Assembly (NCBI GenBank): GCA_958420165.1
Contig: CATZIU010000004.1
Span: forward strand, 6,591-70,590
Direction: 5' to 3'
DNA length: 64,000 nt
Origin: an uncultured Collinsella sp.
Lineage (GTDB): Bacteria; Actinomycetota; Coriobacteriia; Coriobacteriales; Coriobacteriaceae
Shown: positions 56,508-64,000 of the stretch, piece after piece
How positions within the stretch are numbered: position 1 is the stretch's first letter
Layout: every line of letters begins with the position of its first letter
Position numbers and translations under genes: made by a program
The notes under the pieces: generated by a model
What the model was told of the DNA's origin: nothing
Databases searched by the model: none
Seen by the model: the letters and a program-made list of their open reading frames with translations, nothing else

Positions 56508-58388
56508 ATGCTCAATAATCACGAGGTCAATCTAACCGACGAGGAGGCTGCCGCCGAGGTCGCCCGTGTCGCGAAGACCTACCCCGTGGTACGCTTACTG
56601 TCGGCCGATCAGATTAAGAGCGAGCCTAACTGCCTGCTCGCCGGCGATCGCTGTCCTTGTTTGCGCCAGGCAAGTCTTGAGGCCTTGACAGATTCCGATG
56701 AGGTGTCGGAGCGACTGCTCAACGATGGCGTTGAGTACCGCGCTCGCCTGCGCCCTCTGAAGGTCGAGGGCGAGCCTCATGTCCTGCTGATGGTGCGTCC
56801 GATCGATGGGCAAGAGGCCGCAAAAGAGGACCTTGTCTACACCGACGTGCTGACGAGCGTGCACAATCGCCGATATTACGAGGAAAAGCTCCGTAGCGCC
56901 CGCATGAATGCCGGCGTTGCGATGATCGACCTTGATGATTTTAGGGTCTTCAACGATACGTGTGGCCGTCATGCCGGCGACCTTGCGCTCGGTGCCGTGG
57001 CGACAGCCATGCGCAGCGGAATCCGTTCGACTGACGAGCTTGTGCGCTATGGCTGCGACAAGTTTGTGGTTGTCATGCCCAATATTCCCTCCGATGACTT
57101 CACCCGCCGCCTGCATCAGGTGTCCGATGCCGTTCGTTCCACGATTATTCCGGGCCATGAGTACGTGAGCTTGACGGCATGTGTTGGTGGCGTTCGCATT
57201 CATGGCGAGACGGTCGATGAGGGCGTTGGCCGCGCTGTCCAGTTACTGAGCCGCGCTAAGGCAAAAGCCGGTACGGTCGTGACCGATGCCGATTCCATCG
57301 AGGCCTTCCAAAGCGAAAAGCCTTTGGTACTTATTGTCGATGACTCCGAGATGAACCGAGTCATTCTCAGCGAGATGCTCAAGGACGAGTATTGCATCCT
57401 CGAGGCCGACAACGGTCGTACGGCGCTCGACATGGTCGACCGCTATGGTGATGAGTTGTCGCTCGTGCTGCTGGATATTGTCATGCCAGGCATAAGCGGC
57501 TTTGAGGTGCTGGCCGGTCTGTCGCGCCGATCGGTTAGTGACAATCTGCCTGTCATCATGATTTCGAGCGAAGATTCCGATGATATGGTTCTGCGCGCGT
57601 ACGAGCTAGGCGCCTCGGACTATATCAACCGCCCGTTTGACTCCCGTGTCGTGCGCCGCCGTGTAAGCAACACCATCCGCCTATACGCCAAACAGCGCCG
57701 CCTGACGAGCCTGCTGTCCCAGCAGTACAACGAGCGTGTCAAGAACAGTCGCATGCTCATCGACATCATGGCTGGCGTCATGGAGCTTCGCAACGGCGAG
57801 AGCGGCAGGCACGTTACGAACATCGAAAAGCTGACCGAGCTGCTGCTTGGCTGTCTGGTCCAGCGTAGCGACACCATTTCCCTTGACAATGAGGAGCGCT
57901 CCACGATTGCCCTGGCTTCGGCGCTGCACGATATCGGCAAGATGTCGATTGACGATGCGATTCTCAACAAACCCGGGCGCCTTACGCCCGAGGAATTCGA
58001 GATTATGAAGACGCATACCACGATCGGCGCCGACATGTTGCTTGAGCTGGGTAGCCATCACGCCGGCAATGCGCTTATGGAATATGCGTACCAGATTGCG
58101 CGTTGGCATCACGAGCGCTGGGACGGCAAGGGGTATCCCGATGGCCTTAAGGGCGACGAAATTCCCATTGCCGCACAGGTGGTTTCGGTGGCCGACGTGT
58201 ACGATGCGCTGACGAGCGTGCGCGTGTACAAGGATGCCATCCCGCACGAGGAGGCTATCCAGATGATCCTGGACGGTAAGTGCGGTACCTTTAACCCGCT
58301 GCTTCTCGATTGCCTGCTCGAGGTGCAGGACCAAATTGCCGAGACGTTGGCACGCCCCGCTGACGTCGTCGCGTTTCCCACGATTTAG
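56508..58388 (+). CDS. Degenerate GGDEF - receiver - HD-GYP signalling protein
   Basis: DVLTSVHNRR..IDLDDF..RYGCDKF; REC IVDD/LLDIVMP; HDIGK..HHERWDGKGYP. Confidence 0.88.
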   Translation: MLNNHEVNLTDEEAAAEVARVAKTYPVVRLLSADQIKSEPNCLLAGDRCPCLRQASLEALTDSDEVSERLLNDGVEYRARLRPLKVEGEPHVLLMVRPIDGQEAAKEDLVYTDVLTSVHNRRYYEEKLRSARMNAGVAMIDLDDFRVFNDTCGRHAGDLALGAVATAMRSGIRSTDELVRYGCDKFVVVMPNIPSDDFTRRLHQVSDAVRSTIIPGHEYVSLTACVGGVRIHGETVDEGVGRAVQLLSRAKAKAGTVVTDADSIEAFQSEKPLVLIVDDSEMNRVILSEMLKDEYCILEADNGRTALDMVDRYGDELSLVLLDIVMPGISGFEVLAGLSRRSVSDNLPVIMISSEDSDDMVLRAYELGASDYINRPFDSRVVRRRVSNTIRLYAKQRRLTSLLSQQYNERVKNSRMLIDIMAGVMELRNGESGRHVTNIEKLTELLLGCLVQRSDTISLDNEERSTIALASALHDIGKMSIDDAILNKPGRLTPEEFEIMKTHTTIGADMLLELGSHHAGNALMEYAYQIARWHHERWDGKGYPDGLKGDEIPIAAQVVSVADVYDALTSVRVYKDAIPHEEAIQMILDGKCGTFNPLLLDCLLEVQDQIAETLARPADVVAFPTI

Positions 58389-58411
58389 TTTGACCAAAGG
58401 AGTTTTAATCC

Positions 58412-58768
58412 ATGATTTCCATGCGTGAGGCGTATGAGAAGATCGGCGCTAATTATGATGACGCGTGCGCTCGGCTGATGGGCGGGGAAATGCTTGCCCG
58501 CTTTGCCCTCAAGTTTTTGGATGACGAGAGCATGGACAAACTGGAGGCCGCCATGGCGGCAGGAGACGCCGAAGGTGCGTTTATGGCAGCGCACACGCTC
58601 AAGGGCGTGAGCCAGAACCTGGGATTCGATAATCTGTACGAGCCGGCGGTTGTGGTGACCGAAGCGCTGCGCGGCGCCGATGCTGTTGACGGCGCCCGCG
58701 AGGGGATGCATGCGCTGCAGCAGCAATATGCGGCTACGATGTCGGCCCTGCGCGAAGCGGCCGAATAA
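58412..58768 (+). CDS. Stand-alone Hpt phosphotransfer protein
   Basis: AAHTLKGVSQNLG motif. Confidence 0.85.
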   Translation: MISMREAYEKIGANYDDACARLMGGEMLARFALKFLDDESMDKLEAAMAAGDAEGAFMAAHTLKGVSQNLGFDNLYEPAVVVTEALRGADAVDGAREGMHALQQQYAATMSALREAAE

Positions 58769-58792
58769 GAGCTTGCGTGCTTTGATGACAAT

Positions 58793-58856
58793 GAGAGTGG
58801 ATAATCTCCCGTTTTAGGCTCGGTGGTGGCCTCAAAGTGGGAGATTATCCACTCTC
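58793..58856. repeat. 64-bp palindrome
   Basis: GAGAGTGGATAATCTCCC...GGGAGATTATCCACTCTC (18-bp perfect arms). Confidence 0.7.
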
Positions 58857-58944
58857 GTTCGATACGTGTCCAAAAATCCACTCTCACCCCTTCCGATTAG
58901 TGAATGGCCTATGCGCACTGGCGGGGCTTTCCGCATGCAATCTA

Positions 58945-58978
58945 TATCGTTGTTCGATAAACTGTTCGAATAACGATA
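58945..58978. promoter_or_regulatory. Putative XRE operator (TATCG..CGATA repeats)
   Basis: TATCGTTGTTCGATAAACTGTTCGAATAACGATA; related TTATCGAAAAACAATAA..AAAACGATAA at 59989-60024. Confidence 0.6.
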
Positions 58979-58998
58979 GAGTCGATGAGGGTGAGTGT

Positions 58999-59559
58999 AT
59001 GTCCAACAGCGTTCAGCGTATGGCCAAGGCGGGCGAAAATATCAGGAAGCTTGGTTTTTGCATGGCAGCCGTTTTTGCAGGGATGCTCGTCGCTTTTGCC
59101 GCGTTGGTTGTTTACGTGATTTGGTATGCGGTTGAAAACGTTGCTTCTGTCGATTCTTTTGGTGTCGTGACGCTTCTCAATGGCGGGTGCATCGTTATCC
59201 CAAGCGGACTGTGCCTGGCACTCGTTGTGGGTATTTCGCTTGTCGTTTTGTGCGGGGTCAGCCGTAACATCTCGCGGGGCGTCTCGCCCTTTACCAGGGC
59301 ACATGTGCGGCTTATCCGTGTTCTTGCACTTGCCTTTGCTGTTAACGCTGCGGTTTCGTTTGTTGGTGCCTATGGATCGGTCAATCTCACCATTGGCGGA
59401 CTGGAGCTTTACATCGTGCCTCATTCCTTCGTTATTGAGATTTGCCAAGGCGCTACCTTTGATGCGGGGTCGTTTATCGGCGCAGTTGTCTGCTTGTTTA
59501 TCTCGGCGATCTGGAGTTATGCCTCGCTGCTCCAAGAGCAGTCTGACGAGCTTGTGTAG
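58999..59559 (+). CDS. DUF2975-like membrane protein
   Basis: Four hydrophobic segments, SPFT motif, C-terminal LQEQSDELV; followed by an XRE gene, the usual pairing for this family. Confidence 0.72.
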   Translation: MSNSVQRMAKAGENIRKLGFCMAAVFAGMLVAFAALVVYVIWYAVENVASVDSFGVVTLLNGGCIVIPSGLCLALVVGISLVVLCGVSRNISRGVSPFTRAHVRLIRVLALAFAVNAAVSFVGAYGSVNLTIGGLELYIVPHSFVIEICQGATFDAGSFIGAVVCLFISAIWSYASLLQEQSDELV

Positions 59560-59567
59560 GAGGAAAC

Positions 59568-59897
59568 ATGAGCTATCTCATCATCGAGCTTGAGACGCAG
59601 CTGCTTAAGACCGGAAAGACCAACGCTGATCTGATTCGGGCGACGGGGCATACTCCGGCTAATATTTCAAAGCTTAGAAACGGAAAGATAAAAGCTATTC
59701 GCCTAAAGACGCTTCTCGATATCTGTGATGAGCTTGATTGTCAACCGGGAGATATTATTCAGCGCGTGAGCGAGAAAGAGCTTGAGGAGCTTATTGTCGA
59801 GCGCGCAAAAAATGTCGTGAGACAGATGCGGGACGGCGGAGGCAATGAGGTATCGCTTCCGACATCAGTCTTCGCTGTCGATTTGAGTGACGAGTAG
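59568..59897 (+). CDS. XRE/Cro (YozG-like) regulator
   Basis: NISKLRNGKIKAIRLKTLLDICDELDCQPGDI. Confidence 0.88.
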   Translation: MSYLIIELETQLLKTGKTNADLIRATGHTPANISKLRNGKIKAIRLKTLLDICDELDCQPGDIIQRVSEKELEELIVERAKNVVRQMRDGGGNEVSLPTSVFAVDLSDE

Positions 59898-59931
59898 CTT
59901 AAGGCAAACAACTAAAACGAAGTATCAGCGT

Positions 59932-59966
59932 GAAGGGACCCGTGTCTAACACGGGTCCCTTCTTTT
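59932..59966 (+). terminator. Intrinsic terminator
   Basis: GAAGGGACCCGTGT-CTA-ACACGGGTCCCTTC followed by TTTT. Confidence 0.8.
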
Positions 59967-60041
59967 AGATTATCTTGACAAATACGAGTTATCGAAAAAC
60001 AATAACAACCATGGAAAACGATAAAGGAAAGAAGGAACGAT

Positions 60042-60803
60042 ATGAGCGGTTTTTCTATCAAGCAGAACGGGGGTCCAATGAACGCATCAGCGATAAAGCT
60101 ATCAAAAGTTTCAAAACGCTACGGGAAACGGCACGTTTTGCATGACGTTTCCTTCGAGGTGCATCAGTCTGAGCTCTGTGCCCTTGTCGGTGCAAACGGT
60201 GCGGGCAAAAGCACGCTTATTAAAATCGTCTTGGGCCTCTGCGAGCCATCGTCGGGGAGCGTGGAGCTCTTTGGAGGCAAATCAAAAAGAGAGCTTGGCC
60301 TGATGCGGACGCGTGTCGGCTATGTGCCAGATTCCAGCGGAGCATACCAATCCCTCAGTGCGGTTGAGAATCTCCAAATCCGATGTTCGGAATGGGGGCT
60401 TGATGCGAATCGTGAGATTCCTCGCGTTTTGAGCCTAGTCGGGCTGGACGTCGAAGAGAAAAAGAGCGTGAACAGTTTTTCTCTGGGAATGAAACGGCGG
60501 CTGGATATAGCTGCGGCTTTGTTGGGTGATACTGATCTGCTTATTTTTGATGAGCCAGCAAACGGGTTGGACCCGCTGGGCATCGAGAGTATATGGGCCC
60601 TTATCGGTCGATTGAATCGAGAACAGGGTAAGACCATGCTCATCTCTAGCCATGATTTGGATGAGTTGGCATCAGTTGCAACAAGTTGCGTGTTTATCCA
60701 TGACGGCGAACTGCTGAAAAAGGAACCGATGGACGTCATAAGGGATGAGGCATCGTCCCTAAAAGAGTATTACAGGCGCTTGATGAAGGCGGTCTCGCTA
60801 TGA
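60042..60803 (+). CDS. ABC transporter ATP-binding protein (BcrA/LanF-like)
   Basis: GANGAGKS, FSLGMKRRL, DEPANGLDP and ISSH motifs. Confidence 0.9.
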   Translation: MSGFSIKQNGGPMNASAIKLSKVSKRYGKRHVLHDVSFEVHQSELCALVGANGAGKSTLIKIVLGLCEPSSGSVELFGGKSKRELGLMRTRVGYVPDSSGAYQSLSAVENLQIRCSEWGLDANREIPRVLSLVGLDVEEKKSVNSFSLGMKRRLDIAAALLGDTDLLIFDEPANGLDPLGIESIWALIGRLNREQGKTMLISSHDLDELASVATSCVFIHDGELLKKEPMDVIRDEASSLKEYYRRLMKAVSL

Positions 60804-61624
60804 AGCGGGCGATCCATCCCATAAAGGCAGATATGATGCGTTTGCACAGGATGTTTCCGGCGAAGTTTGGTCTTACGCTTATGCTGGCGTTCGGCCTTCT
60901 CTTCTGTGTCTTTCTAAAAAACGGAACAACGTTGCTCGCCTTTGGCAATAGCGTTTTTGGGGAGGATATTGGTTTCTGCTGGAATGTAATCGATCCTTCT
61001 GCACCCGATGAGTCCCTTGTGCGCAGTGCTTTTGCCGGCACCTCCCTGTTCGTTCCGCTCATCGTTTGCCTGGCGATTTTACAGGAGCGCGGCTATGAAG
61101 AGGGATGCCGAATTTCTTCAGCAAGAGGTCTTGCCCGCTTTAACGGGGCTCTGGCACATGTACTTTCGTCTTCTTTAATAATCGGCGCAGCATATAGTGC
61201 GCTTTGCCTTCTTCTTTTTGCAATAGCCATAATACGTGGAGGGCATAACTACTCGCACGACATGCTAACTGCATTTTTGCCCGCAATGATAGTCAACGCC
61301 GTATTGGTGATATCGGTTGCGCTGGAGACGGTGACCATCTATCGGATTACAGGCAGCGCTGTATTGAGCGGGGCTGCGATAATAATTGGATTTGTCATGA
61401 GCTTGACGCTCTACGGAACTTACCTTCAGACGCCCATACCGTCCTTGCGATGGATCTTCTTTCTTCCGGGGCCGTACCTTGGAGTCGGATGTGCCCTTGG
61501 GTATAGCGATATGGGGCAGCTGACGCTTCTGGGATATGGCGCGGCAGCCAGCTGTCTATCGGTATTGATTTACGCTCTCTTGAGCTTTCGCGCTGGGGGT
61601 GTGCTCAATGGCTCGTCAGATTAA
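60800..61624 (+). CDS. Putative ABC permease
   Basis: About six hydrophobic segments; ATGA overlap with the ATPase gene. Confidence 0.7.
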   Translation: MKRAIHPIKADMMRLHRMFPAKFGLTLMLAFGLLFCVFLKNGTTLLAFGNSVFGEDIGFCWNVIDPSAPDESLVRSAFAGTSLFVPLIVCLAILQERGYEEGCRISSARGLARFNGALAHVLSSSLIIGAAYSALCLLLFAIAIIRGGHNYSHDMLTAFLPAMIVNAVLVISVALETVTIYRITGSAVLSGAAIIIGFVMSLTLYGTYLQTPIPSLRWIFFLPGPYLGVGCALGYSDMGQLTLLGYGAAASCLSVLIYALLSFRAGGVLNGSSD

Positions 61625-62426
61625 AAGACTTCTCCAGTCAGAATTGAAGCATGTGAGCAAATGGACGTACGCCTTAATCCTGGTAATTTATGCGTGCATG
61701 GTGGTATTGCAGCTTAATTCTTTCCCGATGTGGTTCTGCAGCCTCCGTGAGAACAGTTTCTTGGGCTTTTTCCCAGACCCGACGCTTCGGCTATCGGCGG
61801 AGGATGTCCTTCTATTTGGTAATGCAGAGGTTTTTCGCGGTCTGCTGTTCAACGTAGCCCCGTTGGCTCATGCATTGTTCTTTCCGTTCATCGCGGCTTG
61901 CATTGTGCCGTGCTTTGTCAGTTCGGGCTTTATTGAGGAACCGTGGGGGCTGTCGGAGGCTCGGGGAGGGAAGCGTGTGTGCGCTATCGTTGCGCGAGTG
62001 GTGCTGTCTTCTTTTGCCCTTTTGGGCGCGTTTGTCCTGTCGAGTGTCGTTTTGTACTGTCTTAACTGCGTAATCGTTTTGGATGCTCGGCAGTATTTCG
62101 ACCTGCATGTATTTTGCTATCGACTTCTTCTGGCGAGTGTCGTCTGCCTTGCATACGTGGTCTCTTGCGTGATCGTTGTTTCCTATTTTGGGTCCGGCTT
62201 CGGTCCGATTGGCATGCTGTTGCTTGTCAACGTCGTAGCGATCTACATACAGCTCGGGACCAATTCCATGCTTCCGCTTCCAGCCTCGATGCTCATGTGG
62301 ATTTGTGGCGTGACCCCGTTGGGGAATAGTCAATGCATTTCGATTCTAATTGACTGCCTAATAAACGTAGCAAGCGTTTTTGCCATTTGCTTTACCGTCG
62401 ACCGATTGCGGTCGAGATTTCTTTGA
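61608..62426 (+). CDS. Putative ABC permease
   Basis: Hydrophobic; overlaps the previous permease; start approximate. Confidence 0.68.
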   Translation: MARQIKRLLQSELKHVSKWTYALILVIYACMVVLQLNSFPMWFCSLRENSFLGFFPDPTLRLSAEDVLLFGNAEVFRGLLFNVAPLAHALFFPFIAACIVPCFVSSGFIEEPWGLSEARGGKRVCAIVARVVLSSFALLGAFVLSSVVLYCLNCVIVLDARQYFDLHVFCYRLLLASVVCLAYVVSCVIVVSYFGSGFGPIGMLLLVNVVAIYIQLGTNSMLPLPASMLMWICGVTPLGNSQCISILIDCLINVASVFAICFTVDRLRSRFL

Positions 62427-62537
62427 TTGTTTGTGAGGGAAAATCATACCGAGCATACCAAATACAGGGGGGCGGGCACCGTGGCTGGTGTCCGCCCCCC
62501 CCTGGCATGGAAGGTTTAGGTCTGTGTGATTCGCGAG

Positions 62538-63347
62538 CTAGCGGGCCAGCTTAACCTTTGCCGCTGCCTCGACAAACGACTTCCACAGGTTAAAGTCGGT
62601 CTCGAGCGTCTGCCAGGTGTACTCGGGATGCCATTGCACGCCCAGGCAGAAAGGCTGGCCTTCGACCTCGATGCACTCGGGAACGCCGTCGGTTGCCTTG
62701 GCGACCAAGCGCGTGCTTTTACCCAGACGATCGACGCAACAGTGGTGTGCGGAGTTGGTCTGGATTAGCCTGTGCCCGCCAACCGCGCGTTCCAGCAGCG
62801 AGCCCGGCACGACCTCGACGGGGTGCACGGGATCGTTGAGCACGTGGGTGTGGCGCCACTGCGTGCGACCCTCGCGCGCACCCAGGCTCGGCACGTCCAT
62901 GCACAGGGTGCCGCCGGTGGCGACGTTGAGCAGCTGCGTGCCGCGGCAGGTGGTAAAGAGCGGCTTCTTGGCGCGGAGTACCTCGTCGACCAGCTTAAAC
63001 TCAAAACTATCGCGGATCTCGCAGCAGAGGGTGGGGTCGTAGGGTCGATCATCGCCCCAGCGCTTGGGGTTGACGTCCGGGCCGCCGGGAATGGCGATGC
63101 CGTCGGCGATATCGACGTAATGACGGATAACCTCAATGTCCTCGGTGATGGACATCTGCAGCGGCAGACCGCCGGCGGCAAGGATGGCATCGACAAAGAC
63201 ACTTGCGATTTCCTCGTTGGGGGAGAGCATCTCGGTTAAAAATGGCTCTGCCTCTTCCCAGCGCGGTGCGACGAGGATAAGTGGGCGGTCGGCGGGGGCG
63301 ACGTCGACGTGCGGGGTGTAGGACGATGAAGTGCGAGTTCCGATCAT
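62538..63347 (-). CDS. Peptidase C26 / gamma-glutamyl-GABA hydrolase-like glutamine amidotransferase
   Basis: PGGPDV, TCRGTQLLNVA, NSAHH and GVQWHPE motifs. Confidence 0.88.
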   Translation of the reverse strand: MIGTRTSSSYTPHVDVAPADRPLILVAPRWEEAEPFLTEMLSPNEEIASVFVDAILAAGGLPLQMSITEDIEVIRHYVDIADGIAIPGGPDVNPKRWGDDRPYDPTLCCEIRDSFEFKLVDEVLRAKKPLFTTCRGTQLLNVATGGTLCMDVPSLGAREGRTQWRHTHVLNDPVHPVEVVPGSLLERAVGGHRLIQTNSAHHCCVDRLGKSTRLVAKATDGVPECIEVEGQPFCLGVQWHPEYTWQTLETDFNLWKSFVEAAAKVKLAR

Positions 63348-63398
63348 AGGTGTAACTTTCGAGTTTGGATGGGCATGGCGGGTAGGTGGGCGGTCTGG

Positions 63399-64000
63399 TT
63401 AGTGGCCCTTGATGGAGTTGAGGAAGTCCTGGGCGCGATTGGTCTGGGGGTGGTCGAAGAACTCGTCGGGCGTGCCGGTTTCCACGATCTGGCCGTCGGC
63501 CATAAACACGACACGGTCGGCTACGCGGCGGGCGAAGTTCATCTCGTGCGTGATGACGATCATCGTCATGCCCTGCTGGGCCAGGCGAACCATGACTTCG
63601 AGCACCTCGTTGATCATCTCGGGATCGAGGGCGCTTGTGGGCTCGTCAAAGAGCATGGCCTTGGGCTGCATGGCGAGTGAACGGGCGATAGCCACGCGCT
63701 GCTGCTGACCGCCCGAGAGCTGTGCGGGCACCTTGTCGGCCTGCTCGGCCACGCCCACGCGGCTCAGCAGGTCTATGGCGCGCTCGCGGGCCTCGTCCTT
63801 GGAGACGCCCAGCACATCGACCGGTCCCAGCATGACGTTCTGTAGTACGGTCATATGTGCGAACAGGTTGAACTGCTGAAACACCATGCCCAGCTCGGCG
63901 CGCATGCGGGCAAGATCCTTGCCTTCCTGCGGCAGGGGCTCGCCCTCGATGAGGATCTCGCCCGAGTCGATGGTTTCCAGGCGGTTGATGGTGCGGCACA
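63399..64000 (-). CDS. Polar amino-acid ABC transporter ATP-binding protein (5' end outside window)
   Basis: [34 protein letters not shown] and THEM motifs. Confidence 0.92.
   Translation of the reverse strand, partial: CRTINRLETIDSGEILIEGEPLPQEGKDLARMRAELGMVFQQFNLFAHMTVLQNVMLGPVDVLGVSKDEARERAIDLLSRVGVAEQADKVPAQLSGGQQQRVAIARSLAMQPKAMLFDEPTSALDPEMINEVLEVMVRLAQQGMTMIVITHEMNFARRVADRVVFMADGQIVETGTPDEFFDHPQTNRAQDFLNSIKGH

Overview
High-GC chromosomal segment from an anaerobic actinobacterium. Gene content and codon style suggest Coriobacteriia, probably Collinsella-like; this is an inference, not a database result. The coding content is mostly housekeeping and metabolic: galK with a LacI regulator, a flavodiiron protein, DeoR with a class II aldolase, BceAB-type and multidrug ABC transporters, DAHP synthase, a split pyruvate formate-lyase (PflB core, separate glycyl-radical peptide, distant pflA), a sucrose/fructan PTS-GH32 cluster, thrB/thrC/lysC/asd, a two-component system with an ABC transporter, pfkA, a TA pair, a GGDEF-REC-HD-GYP protein with Hpt, and an AT-richer ABC islet. 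No rRNA, tRNA, CRISPR array, transposase or integrase was seen. The most striking signal is non-coding: intergenic regions hold several families of palindromic elements. The main family has five ~120-150 bp rod-like hairpins whose stem sequences differ but still pair. They share an invariant internal loop (CGTCCTC / TGCGGA), an AT bulge and an apical loop reading c-GNA-g on the antisense strand. All five lie 12-24 nt after the stop codon of a co-oriented central-metabolism gene. A second covarying family has two copies. REP-like and MITE-like families and a MutT-Vsr fusion are also present.
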